From contig DAHVQG010000008.1 of the NCBI GenBank assembly GCA_027317865.1, positions 32,001-96,000 of the forward strand: 64,000 bases of DNA, given 5' to 3'. Every line of letters starts with the position of its first letter. Positions within the stretch are counted from its first letter, which is position 1. Positions 18,250 through 26,915 of the stretch are shown here, one piece after another. The notes beneath the pieces were generated by a model that saw nothing but the letters and a program-made list of their open reading frames with translations, did not search any database and was not told the origin of the DNA. The position numbers and the translations under genes are program-made. The stretch comes from Bdellovibrionales bacterium. Lineage in GTDB: Bacteria > Bdellovibrionota > Bdellovibrionia > Bdellovibrionales > UBA1609.

Positions 18250-18765
18250 ATGGCGCAAGTTAAAGACAATATGATTCCATTTATGACGGCAAAAGAGCTG
18301 GACGAAACGGTTGCGACGTTAGCGAAGAAAATTGAAAAAGATTATCCGGATCAGGAAATAGTTATTATTTGCCCGCTAAAAGGCTCGTGCTTATTTGTGG
18401 CGGATCTTGTAAGAAAACTAAGCCAGCCCGTGCTTGTGGATTTTGTTCATGTGACTTCTCCAAAAGGCGAATCGGTTCGAATACTAAAAGATATTTCTCT
18501 TAATATTTCGAACAAGCATGTCTTGATTGCTGAAGAAATAATTGATGCCGGACGAACCTTGAGTTTTTTGCGCACGCGTCTGCTTGCCGCCCAACCAAAA
18601 AGTTTAAAAATCGTGGCTTTGCTTGATAAACCCGCGCGGCGCGAACTTCCAATCAAACCAGATTATGTCGGCCGCACTATTAATGATCGATTTGTCGTTG
18701 GTTACGGTATGGATTCTGAGGAGCTTGGCCGCAATTATAAAGATATATACAATTATGCCAACTAA
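18250..18765 (+). CDS. hpt: Hypoxanthine phosphoribosyltransferase-like protein (atypical active site)
   Basis: LKG, VLIAEEIIDAGRTL PRPP loop, LLDKPARR, FVVGYGMD. Confidence 0.8.
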   Translation: MAQVKDNMIPFMTAKELDETVATLAKKIEKDYPDQEIVIICPLKGSCLFVADLVRKLSQPVLVDFVHVTSPKGESVRILKDISLNISNKHVLIAEEIIDAGRTLSFLRTRLLAAQPKSLKIVALLDKPARRELPIKPDYVGRTINDRFVVGYGMDSEELGRNYKDIYNYAN

Positions 18766-18787
18766 CTTCTCCGTTGCGTAAAACGCT

Positions 18788-18819
18788 TGCCCTAAGCGAG
18801 TTAGCGGCTAAGTAGGGCA
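18788..18819. terminator. Inverted repeat between convergent hpt and the small ORF/rimO; possible terminator
   Basis: TGCCCTA (18788-94) / TAGGGCA (18813-19) enclosing TTAGC-G-GCTAA; weak U tract. Confidence 0.35.
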
Positions 18820-18881
18820 TTCATTAAAAATAAAAGAATCACCGAAAGAACAAAGGCGGCAAGCCAGGGGCTAATTTTCAT
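18801..18881 (-). CDS. Putative 26-aa single-TM small protein MKISPWLAAFVLSVILLFLMNALLSR (not in ORF track)
   Basis: ATG preceded by AGGTGATAAGGT; continuous hydrophobic helix; occupies the hpt-rimO gap. Confidence 0.55.
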   Translation of the reverse strand: MKISPWLAAFVLSVILLFLMNALLSR

Positions 18882-18943
18882 ACCTTATCACCTGATATTA
18901 AGACCGAACCTAATGCTATTAATTCGCCACTTTGCTTCTTGTG

Positions 18944-20332
18944 TCAAACGATTCGTCCAACAAGGTCATAATCATGGCTCGATGTGATTTTAACATTCAC
19001 TATCTCGCCTATGTTTGCACGACCATCATTAATGTAAACAAGGCCATCTATATCTGGCGCTTGCTGCGAGGTTCGCGCTTTCAATAACAACTCGGATTCG
19101 TCACTAACCCCCTCAACGATAACAGGTAAAATCCGCCCCACCATTGCCGCGTGTTTTTCGCGGCTAATCTTTCTTTGAACCGACATCAATCTTTGATACC
19201 GTCGCTCTTTTGTTGCTTCATCAATTTGACCGCTCATCGCTCCCGCTCTGGTTTGCTCTTCCGGTGAAAACTTAAAACAACCCACCCGCTCAAACTTTTG
19301 TTTTTTTATGAATTCTATAAGTTCTTCGAACTGTTCTTCAGTTTCACCCGGAAACCCGACGATGAACTGGGTGCGTATAACGGCTTCTGGTAGCGTCTCG
19401 CGAATGCGTGATATCGAGGCTTCGATCTCTTCTCTTGTCATACGTCGATTCATTGCCTTTAGAATTTGATTGTTTATGTGCTGGAGTGGCATATCGAAAT
19501 ACTTAACAAGATTTTCACGTTCGCGAATCAATTTCACCAATTCATCCGTCACGCCATCGGGGTATAAATACAGTACGCGAATCCACTTTGCGCCCGACTC
19601 GTTAGACAACGCTTTGAGAAGTTCGTACGGCGACTCTTTCGCTGGCGTTACATCGCTTGCATTTTCGCCGGCATTTTTTCTACGCAAATCCCAACCATAA
19701 TCTGTAAAGTCATGTGAGATCACAATCAGTTCTTTTGCCCCTCCTGCCACTAGAAGTTTGGCTTCAGACACAACAGCTGAAATTTTACGTGACTGAAGAT
19801 TGCCTCGAATGACTGGAATAGCGCAAAATGCGCACCGTTTTTTGCACCCCTCGGATATTTTAAGATAGGCCCTGTGGCCTTGCGAATTTACTCGCGGTGT
19901 ACTTTCTTCTTGCAAATACGTCGGCAGGTTAAAAAATCGCTTTTCTTTTGTGCCGTTTTCGCGATTTTGCAAGATCGTTGAAACATTTTGAAATGCGCCG
20001 GAGCCAATGAATAAATCCGCCTCAGGCAAGCTCTCGACAAGTTCGTCTTTATAGCGTTGGGTCAGACAGCCCGCCACAATAAGATTCTTAAGACGACCTG
20101 ATTTTTTAAGCTCGGCCATTTCTAAAATTTTCTCGATTGATTCCCGTTTTGAATCTTCGATAAATCCGCACGTGTTCACAACAACAGTTTCGGCGCGTGT
20201 CGCGTCTTCACAAACTTCATAACCGTCTTTTCGAAGTGCCCCGAGCATGATCTCGGTATCAACCAAATTTTTCGGGCACCCGAGAGAAACAAAATGTACT
20301 TTTTTATTCCTTTTTTCGTCATTTTTCGTCAT
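18944..20332 (-). CDS. rimO: Ribosomal protein S12 methylthiotransferase RimO
   Basis: SLGCPKNLVD, NTCGFI, GCLTQRY, radical SAM EGCKKRCAFCAIP, C-terminal TRAM (APDIDG). Confidence 0.96.
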   Translation of the reverse strand: MTKNDEKRNKKVHFVSLGCPKNLVDTEIMLGALRKDGYEVCEDATRAETVVVNTCGFIEDSKRESIEKILEMAELKKSGRLKNLIVAGCLTQRYKDELVESLPEADLFIGSGAFQNVSTILQNRENGTKEKRFFNLPTYLQEESTPRVNSQGHRAYLKISEGCKKRCAFCAIPVIRGNLQSRKISAVVSEAKLLVAGGAKELIVISHDFTDYGWDLRRKNAGENASDVTPAKESPYELLKALSNESGAKWIRVLYLYPDGVTDELVKLIRERENLVKYFDMPLQHINNQILKAMNRRMTREEIEASISRIRETLPEAVIRTQFIVGFPGETEEQFEELIEFIKKQKFERVGCFKFSPEEQTRAGAMSGQIDEATKERRYQRLMSVQRKISREKHAAMVGRILPVIVEGVSDESELLLKARTSQQAPDIDGLVYINDGRANIGEIVNVKITSSHDYDLVGRIV

Positions 20333-20334
20333 GG

Positions 20335-21015
20335 CTAATTCATCACTGTTATTTGGGCGTTTTTTGGAGGGTGAAACTGAAACAGCGCCTTTCTTAGGCG
20401 GGCGGAGAACTGCGTCTGATAAAAGTTAAACTTAGTAAGATTACCTAAATCGTCCGTGTAGCTTAGCTCCTCAATAGACTTTTTCTGAGTATTGAGCCGG
20501 ATCTGAATAGTCTGAATTCCCTCCGCCGACTTCTTTTTCTTTTCAAGGTTGACCGTGAGCCAGCTATTACCCCGCTTTTCAGATTTTATTTTAAAAAGTC
20601 CCCACGCTTTTTCATCACCAAGAAGTAATGCAAGGGGCGCCTCGCTTTGCCTATTAATATCAGAAGATTTAATCTCTAGAACTTGCGGCCTCCCGCCAAG
20701 ACTTGCTGGGGTAGGTGTTATAACCCACATAAGTGACCGATCAAAGACCACGGTTGTCGGGTTCGGAGCTTTTAAATCAATTCGCACGCGCCCTTTAGAA
20801 AGTGAAATCTCGCCATGGCTTATCGTAGTCTGATCAAGGAGTGCAATCGTAACCGTGCGCTTAATTTCGCTCTTTATACCTGTTGCTTTTTGATAACGGC
20901 CGATAACCGTCTGGAGCAACTTGAACGACGGCAAAACCGCTCCACGAGCCGCTCCCGCGATTAAAACGGGAACGACAAAAGCGGCAAAAAGAAGTTTGTA
21001 CATTGCTCGGCACAT
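20335..21015 (-). CDS. lolA: Outer-membrane lipoprotein carrier LolA family
   Basis: Signal peptide, beta-strand pattern, PLALLLG, DDLGNLTKFNF, LFQFHPPKNAQI. Confidence 0.78.
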   Translation of the reverse strand: MCRAMYKLLFAAFVVPVLIAGAARGAVLPSFKLLQTVIGRYQKATGIKSEIKRTVTIALLDQTTISHGEISLSKGRVRIDLKAPNPTTVVFDRSLMWVITPTPASLGGRPQVLEIKSSDINRQSEAPLALLLGDEKAWGLFKIKSEKRGNSWLTVNLEKKKKSAEGIQTIQIRLNTQKKSIEELSYTDDLGNLTKFNFYQTQFSARLRKALFQFHPPKNAQITVMN

Positions 21016-21036
21016 AGCAGAACAGGTTATATCGAA

Positions 21037-21738
21037 TCAGTTCGGCCCCCGCAAGCGAGGACGATTGAACAGTGTCCATATTTCAAAGTGTTTTGGTTTT
21101 CCGAGACTTTTATAGGCTAACAAAGCCGTGCTGCCGGTCGTGATTACGTCATCGACGAAGATATACAAGGTTTGGTCATTTGCAAGCTCGCGGCCAACTT
21201 TAAGCTCCAACGAATTTTGCGCCCACCGGCTTACCAAGGATTTGCGTTTCTGCGAGCCCTCACCGCGCCGCTTGAGACAGGGTAAAAATGATACACGCGC
21301 AAGTTTTGCAATCTGAAAAGCCAACTCTTCAGCATGGTCCGGTAGGGCTCCGCTTCGGCGCGGAGCCGGAACAATGACCCATTTACGTTTTACTGTTAGT
21401 TCTGCGCATTTTTTTAAGTGTGCTCGCAAGGCCAGCATATCCGACGCAAGCGACTCGTAAATTTGCGCCGAGCCACCGCCCTTTAAAGATGTGGCGTACT
21501 CCTGAAAAAATGGATGGTCGCGCTCATTCCATTCATAAAGAGATAGCACCGGAATGCCTTCTTGAAATCTGGCCCATTGCCGGTATTGCCTTTGGGCCGC
21601 AAACGATGCGCATCTTTGACAAAGAAACCGACAGTGTTCAGATTTTCGAAAGCAGATCGGGCAAATTCGGACATATCCGGACACTTGCTCGCTGATCCAA
21701 TGATCTAGCCCCTCTATCATTTCGCGAATACTCATCAA
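21037..21738 (-). CDS. comF: ComF family protein (zinc ribbon plus PRTase domain)
   Basis: CPIC...CQRC; VIVPAP; SQK; FVDDVITTGST. Confidence 0.78.
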   Translation of the reverse strand: MMSIREMIEGLDHWISEQVSGYVRICPICFRKSEHCRFLCQRCASFAAQRQYRQWARFQEGIPVLSLYEWNERDHPFFQEYATSLKGGGSAQIYESLASDMLALRAHLKKCAELTVKRKWVIVPAPRRSGALPDHAEELAFQIAKLARVSFLPCLKRRGEGSQKRKSLVSRWAQNSLELKVGRELANDQTLYIFVDDVITTGSTALLAYKSLGKPKHFEIWTLFNRPRLRGPN

Positions 21739-21749
21739 AGGGATACGGT

Positions 21750-21765
21750 AGCAAGTTTTGGGCCC
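21750..21765 (-). promoter_or_regulatory. Possible sigma54 (-24/-12) promoter upstream of comF
   Basis: Minus strand GGGCCCA-AAAC-TTGCT; GG-N10-GC spacing exact. Confidence 0.3.
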
Positions 21766-21794
21766 AATTCCTTAGCGGGGCTTACGTATTTTAT

Positions 21795-22268
21795 TTATTC
21801 GTTGTGGTATGGGAGTCCTCGCCAGATTGTTAGGGCTCTATAGATTTGTTCTAACGCAACAACTCGAGCCAAATGATGATTAAACGTTAAGCGAGATAAG
21901 CTTACGGTCGCTAATGCGCGCCTTTTTACAGCAAGCGAAAAGCCATAAGGGCCGCCGATAGCGAAAACAAGCCGTCCACCTAATGCGATTTTTTGAACGA
22001 CAAATCGTGAAAACTCCTTAGAATCGCTAACCTCAAGGCCGCCCTCTTCGAACAAAATAAGTTTATCACTTGATTCTTTTAAAAACTTCAACAGCGCCAA
22101 CCCTTCTTCATCTCGCTTCTTATCGGCTTGCGGCCGGCCGCGAGAAGGTGAGCGAATGGCGACTTGCTCAAAAGGCAATATAGCCGAAACTTTTTGTTCG
22201 TATTCTTTGCAGGCAAGTTCGGCCCAGTTTGATGCCCGGCCCTGAAGATAAATTAGTGCAATTTTCAT
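21795..22268 (-). CDS. rlmH: 23S rRNA (pseudouridine1915-N3)-methyltransferase RlmH
   Basis: FAIGGPYG, SLSRLTFNH.LARVVALEQIYRA.TI..G.PYH. Confidence 0.93.
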   Translation of the reverse strand: MKIALIYLQGRASNWAELACKEYEQKVSAILPFEQVAIRSPSRGRPQADKKRDEEGLALLKFLKESSDKLILFEEGGLEVSDSKEFSRFVVQKIALGGRLVFAIGGPYGFSLAVKRRALATVSLSRLTFNHHLARVVALEQIYRALTIWRGLPYHNE

Positions 22269-22274
22269 GGCCTA

Positions 22275-23384
22275 TTACTTCAGTTCAATTCGGCTGGCGC
22301 CCGCCCAAAGGTCTTCAATCCGGTATTCATTTCGAACATAGTCAAAAAAGACATGAATGATAAGATGGCCGTAGTCGACGATAACCCATCGTGATTCTTG
22401 AAGGCCTTCGGTGCTAAGCGGAAAAATATCAAAATTATCGCGCGCTTCTTTTGCGATACTTTCGCAAAGGCCACGGGTGTGGCGTGCGCTTGTTCCGGTT
22501 GCAACAACGGTGAATTCTGATGGCTGCGCGATTTGTCGAAGATCGTAAGCTTGGACATTTAGGGCCCCACGATCGATCGCGATTTTGGCACAGAATTTCG
22601 CGAATTCCCGGTAATCGTCAATCTTGCGGTCTTCGGGAGCATAAACTTTATGCTCCACAAGATAATTTGCAACGGGAGTTAAATGTTCAACACTTTCGCC
22701 GTGCCTAACCTTTCGCCGTATCTCTGACGCCGAAACATCAATGTCGTTAAGGCTCACAAAGCGAATCGTTTTATTTGTTTTAAGCTTGCCGATCGGGTAG
22801 CGAAAGCTTTTAAGTTCGTCTTGCAGCCACGCCGGCAGGCCCGATTTCGAAGTCGCAATCTCATGCCCCGGACGAGTTGTAATTATGAGATTCGACAAAG
22901 ATAAAATTTTTCTATAATCGCGCCAACGGTCAAATACATTCAATTGGTCGGCGCCCATGCAAAGATAAAATTCACATCCCGGCAAACGCGAAGTAAGTCG
23001 ACGAAGTGTTTCGGCCGTATAACTTAAGCCACCTCGTTCAATTTCATCTGTTAGAACATGAACATTCGAAAAGCGCTCTTGGTCTGACAGAGCCAGCTGT
23101 GCCATTTCAAGCCTTTGATCCCCGATCGCCGTTCGCGAATTGACCCGAAGCGGGTTCTGATTTGCGGGGATGACAAAAAATTCGTCAAATTTCAAAGCCG
23201 ACTGCAAGGTTTCGATCGAATTAAGATGGCCGTAGTGTATCGGATCAAATGTGCCGCCGAATATACCAATTTTTTTCAGCCGCGTACGCTTTTGGGCTTT
23301 TGTTTTTGCGCCTTTGGCAACACGTTTTGATGTCGTCTTTTTTGATTTAGTGTTTTTTGAAGTCGTCTTATTCGTTTTCCGCAT
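22275..23384 (-). CDS. nadD: Fusion: nicotinate-nucleotide adenylyltransferase NadD + ribosome silencing factor RsfS
   Basis: GGTFDPIHYGHL, SYT, GAD, VSASEIR, followed in frame by RsfS motifs VVATGTS.RH, EG....WVIVDYG.LIIHVF....R..Y.IE.LW. Confidence 0.9.
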   Translation of the reverse strand: MRKTNKTTSKNTKSKKTTSKRVAKGAKTKAQKRTRLKKIGIFGGTFDPIHYGHLNSIETLQSALKFDEFFVIPANQNPLRVNSRTAIGDQRLEMAQLALSDQERFSNVHVLTDEIERGGLSYTAETLRRLTSRLPGCEFYLCMGADQLNVFDRWRDYRKILSLSNLIITTRPGHEIATSKSGLPAWLQDELKSFRYPIGKLKTNKTIRFVSLNDIDVSASEIRRKVRHGESVEHLTPVANYLVEHKVYAPEDRKIDDYREFAKFCAKIAIDRGALNVQAYDLRQIAQPSEFTVVATGTSARHTRGLCESIAKEARDNFDIFPLSTEGLQESRWVIVDYGHLIIHVFFDYVRNEYRIEDLWAGASRIELK

Positions 23385-24396
23385 TAAATACCAACTCCCC
23401 CATACGTCGAACTAATTGATTAACATTTAATCCTGTCACCGCTGAAATGGGCATCACTTCAATTTTAAGTTTTTTAAATTTCATCAATATTTTTTTGCTA
23501 TTTTCCGGAGAAAGCAAATCCATTTTGTTTAACGCTATTATTTGAGTACGCTTGGCAAGGGGACGAAATTCTGTGCGCGAGGTGAACCGTTTGTCGTATT
23601 GTTTAAGCTCAGAGTTTATGTCTTTAAAATCTTTAAGGGGATCACGCCCGCTTAAGCCGCTTGCGTCAATCATATGTACAAAAAACTTTGTGCGCTCAAT
23701 ATGGCGTAAAAACCGCGTGCCCAAACCTTGTCCTTTATGCGCTCCCTGAATAAGTCCGGGCATATCGGCTACAATAAAATTCGTCTCATCGTCGAGTCGG
23801 ACCACGCCGAGCTGTGGCACAAGCGTCGTAAAGGGATAGTCCGCTATTTTGGGTCGAGCCGCTGAGATATGCGAAATAAGCGTGGACTTACCAACATTCG
23901 GGTAACCGATAATCCCCACGTCAGCCAGAAGTTTGAGTTCCAAGTGTACGTTTGCACTCTTACCTGGCAAACCTTTTTGTGCAATATCCGGAGCTTGGTT
24001 TACGCTCGACTTATAAAATGTATTTCCTTTTCCACCCTTGCCGCCTTCAAGGAAAATAAATTCGTCGTTTATAGCAAGGTCACGAATTATGTGACCATTT
24101 AAGTTTTTAATAATCGTGCCCGGGGGCACCAAAATCACAAGATTTGCACCGTCAGCACCGGTTCTGTTTTGCGTGCGTCCGGGCTTACCGTCTTCGGCTC
24201 GATAATTTTTTTTTATTTTTAAATCAAGAAGGGAGTGAAGCCGCGGTGAAGTCTTAAAAATGACATTGCCGCCGTGGCCGCCATCGCCGCCGTCAGGCCC
24301 TCCTCGAGGAACATACTTTTCTCGGCGAAAGCTCACGCAACCCGGGCCACCTCGCCCCGAGGCTACTTCGATTGTGACTTCATCGATAAATTTCAC
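23368..24396 (-). CDS. obgE: GTPase ObgE/CgtA
   Basis: FIDE, SFRREKYVPRGGPDGGDGG, GYPNVGKST, DYPFTT, DMPG, NKMD. Confidence 0.97.
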   Translation of the reverse strand: MKFIDEVTIEVASGRGGPGCVSFRREKYVPRGGPDGGDGGHGGNVIFKTSPRLHSLLDLKIKKNYRAEDGKPGRTQNRTGADGANLVILVPPGTIIKNLNGHIIRDLAINDEFIFLEGGKGGKGNTFYKSSVNQAPDIAQKGLPGKSANVHLELKLLADVGIIGYPNVGKSTLISHISAARPKIADYPFTTLVPQLGVVRLDDETNFIVADMPGLIQGAHKGQGLGTRFLRHIERTKFFVHMIDASGLSGRDPLKDFKDINSELKQYDKRFTSRTEFRPLAKRTQIIALNKMDLLSPENSKKILMKFKKLKIEVMPISAVTGLNVNQLVRRMGELVFNAENE

Positions 24397-24427
24397 TGAT
24401 TGTTAGGCTCCGTGCCCTGAATCGGAT

Positions 24428-24694
24428 CTAGGCTGCCTCGGTCGCCGCGTAAACGCTAACGCGAAATTTTTGCTTATTCACGCGCTCGAATTTCACTTGG
24501 CCCGCTATGATTGAGTAAATCGTATGGTCGCGTCCCATCCGCACATTTCGACCGCTAAAAAATTTTGTCCCGCGCTGACGCACAATAATTGTGCCCGGTA
24601 ATACGTTTTGGCCGCCGAATCGTTTAACTCCAAGACGTTTACTTTCGCTATCTCGACCGTTACGTGTACTGCCTGCCGCTTTTTTTGATGCCAT
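24428..24694 (-). CDS. rpmA: 50S ribosomal protein L27
   Basis: [28 protein letters not shown]. Confidence 0.98.
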   Translation of the reverse strand: MASKKAAGSTRNGRDSESKRLGVKRFGGQNVLPGTIIVRQRGTKFFSGRNVRMGRDHTIYSIIAGQVKFERVNKQKFRVSVYAATEAA

Positions 24695-24730
24695 AACTTT
24701 ATTACCTCGTTATCAACTTGCTATACGGTT

Positions 24731-25306
24731 TTACTCGGCCGACTTCTTTGTTGTCTTACTTGCCGACTTTGCCTTCTTCGCTGCCGCGCCCGCCTTTTTA
24801 GTCGGCTTGCGGCGAGCTTTAGCGCCTGCCGCTTTTTTCTTTGCTCCCGCCGCGTGCGTTGAGCGTCGCGCCTGAGGAGCCGCCTCTTTTTTCGCCTTTG
24901 GTTCCGGATTTTCACTGAGCCGCTTTTCTAAGCGCTCGCGCTTTTTGGCCGGATCCAAAACAACCGCCTTACCGTCCGCTTCACTCACTTCACCCGTCGG
25001 GCCTTTAATCGCTTTAACAAATAATTCGGTATAATATTGCCGATGCCCGTGAAGCCTCCGGTACCCTTGACGTCTCTTTTTCTTGAAAACAATGACTTTT
25101 GGCGCGCGGCCTTGTTGCGTTACAACCATCGTGACCTTGGCGTTTTTCACCACCGGTTGGCCCACATGGATTTCGTCACCGCCAACTAATAAAACCTCGT
25201 CGATATCAAATTCTGAACCAAGTTCACGCGGCAACTTCTCGACACGAAGGGTATCACCGGGTCGCACTGTGTACTGTTTGCCGCCCGTACGAATAATCGC
25301 ATACAT
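24731..25306 (-). CDS. rplU: 50S ribosomal protein L21 with long Lys/Ala-rich C-terminal extension
   Basis: MYAIIRTGGKQY, KKKRRQGYRR..GHRQ; SD GAGGT favours ATG at 25306. Confidence 0.96.
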   Translation of the reverse strand: MYAIIRTGGKQYTVRPGDTLRVEKLPRELGSEFDIDEVLLVGGDEIHVGQPVVKNAKVTMVVTQQGRAPKVIVFKKKRRQGYRRLHGHRQYYTELFVKAIKGPTGEVSEADGKAVVLDPAKKRERLEKRLSENPEPKAKKEAAPQARRSTHAAGAKKKAAGAKARRKPTKKAGAAAKKAKSASKTTKKSAE

Positions 25307-25377
25307 CTCTGAAAACCTCATATTTTAAGTTACGTCGTATGTGCCATGTTGCGTAAGTTGTGTCAATGAATAGCGGT

Positions 25378-26895
25378 TCAAATCTCGACATCAAACTGTT
25401 CAAGATGAAACGCCGGTTCGACTTTAAGCGTGACGGAATGACCAAGCGCAATTTCAATTTCTTCGAGGGCGTCCGTTTCTTCAGCGTAAATCCAATCGGC
25501 GACCTCCGAGTGACAATGCACAACAATAGGTCCACCCTTTTGACGCAGCGCTTCTCGTTCAAGCGCTCTAAAGATCTCATGGGCAACTGTCGCCTTTTGC
25601 TTAATGTATCCGCGCCCTTCGCAATAGGGGCACGGCTCGCAAAGCGAGGCGATTAAACTCGGGCGAATACGTTTTCTTGTCATCTCCACAAGGCCGAGTT
25701 CTGAAATGGGAGAAACTACGGTACGTGCGCGATCTTTTGCTAATTCTTCTTTGAAAATGCTCATCACCTTCTCGCGGTGGGCTTCTTTTTCCATATCGAT
25801 AAAATCAATAATGACTATGCCGCCGCAATTTCGAATGCGAAGTTGATGCGCAATTTCGCGAGCGGCTTCGATATTCGTAGTCACGATCGTATCTTCAAGA
25901 TCGCGCTTACCGACGAATTTACCCGTATTAACATCGATGACAACCAGCGCTTCGGCTTCATCAATAACTATATATCCACCCGATTTAAGCCAAATTCTCC
26001 GGCTAAGCGCCCGCTGAATCTCAAGATTTATATCGTATAAATCAAAAAGAGGTTTGTTCCCTTTATGCAAATAGATTCTATTTTTATATTGCGGTAAAAA
26101 CTGGGTAACAAACGCCAACACCTTTTTGTGAATACGTGGGTCGTCGACCAACACGCGCTCGACTTGTTCGTTTAAGAGATCGCGCAATGACCGGAGTTCA
26201 ACATCTATGTCGGAATGAATCACGCCAGGATTTTTTTTCTTTTCATACGCCGTTTGCACCTCTGCCCACATCCGCGTGAGATAATCGATATCTGATACAA
26301 TATCTCTTTCGGTAGCGCCTTCTCCCGCCGTGCGAACAATAATTCCACCAACGGGTTTTGCGTTTTCGACAATTTGTCGCAGGCGTTGCCTTTCTGATTC
26401 ATCTTCTATTCGCCGCGAAACCCCACAGTGATTCACGGTGGGCATATAAACCACATTTCGCCCCGCTAACGAAATATGTGTCGTAATACGCGATCCCTTT
26501 GTGCCCAGTGGATCTTTCACAACCTGGACAAGAAGAAACTGTCCGGCTTTAATCAAATCTTGAATCGGCGGATACGCGGCACTTGGCGGATCATCGGACT
26601 TTACTTCGCCGATTGGCGCGCTTTCTTGCTCTTCAGCCTCATATATGCGCTCGTCATCACTTGAAATATCGCCACGTATGTCACCAACGTACAAGAAGGC
26701 GGCTCTCGGCAGCCCGATATCAACGAAAGCGGCTTGCATCCCGGGCAAAACGCGCAGAACTTTGCCTTTAAATATCGACCCGACTATAGTTGGGGATATT
26801 TTTCGCTCAATTTTTAAGTCGACGACCAGGTGGTCTTCGACGTAGGCCACAAGAGTCTGGCTAGAATGAACGTTAATTAAGATTTCTGCGGACAT
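25378..26895 (-). CDS. rng: Ribonuclease G (Rne/Rng family)
   Basis: PGMQAAFVDIG, VQVVKDPLGTKG, DVNTG, GGIVIIDFIDM, EMTRKR, CPYCEGRG. Confidence 0.93.
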   Translation of the reverse strand: MSAEILINVHSSQTLVAYVEDHLVVDLKIERKISPTIVGSIFKGKVLRVLPGMQAAFVDIGLPRAAFLYVGDIRGDISSDDERIYEAEEQESAPIGEVKSDDPPSAAYPPIQDLIKAGQFLLVQVVKDPLGTKGSRITTHISLAGRNVVYMPTVNHCGVSRRIEDESERQRLRQIVENAKPVGGIIVRTAGEGATERDIVSDIDYLTRMWAEVQTAYEKKKNPGVIHSDIDVELRSLRDLLNEQVERVLVDDPRIHKKVLAFVTQFLPQYKNRIYLHKGNKPLFDLYDINLEIQRALSRRIWLKSGGYIVIDEAEALVVIDVNTGKFVGKRDLEDTIVTTNIEAAREIAHQLRIRNCGGIVIIDFIDMEKEAHREKVMSIFKEELAKDRARTVVSPISELGLVEMTRKRIRPSLIASLCEPCPYCEGRGYIKQKATVAHEIFRALEREALRQKGGPIVVHCHSEVADWIYAEETDALEEIEIALGHSVTLKVEPAFHLEQFDVEI

Positions 26896-26904
26896 ATCCG
26901 ATAA
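26878..26904 (+). promoter_or_regulatory. Putative sigma28 (FliA) promoter for pilT
   Basis: TAAG-N15-TCCGATAA, 11 nt upstream of the pilT ATG, overlapping the rng start. Confidence 0.65.
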
Positions 26905-26915
26905 GTCTTAAGCGG

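Noticed and set aside
21037..21738. ComF-like PRTase as part of a toxin or defence module
   Set aside because: It has the ordinary ComF zinc ribbon plus PRTase layout and sits in a housekeeping operon with no partner gene
23368..24396. ObgE looks short (342 aa), possible truncation
   Set aside because: The Obg fold and G motifs are present; the C-terminal domain is naturally variable or absent in many lineages
25340..25366. Promoter for rplU-rpmA (perfect TTGACA on the minus strand at 25361-25366)
   Set aside because: Plausible, but there is no convincing -10 hexamer at 16-18 nt spacing, so it is not listed as a feature
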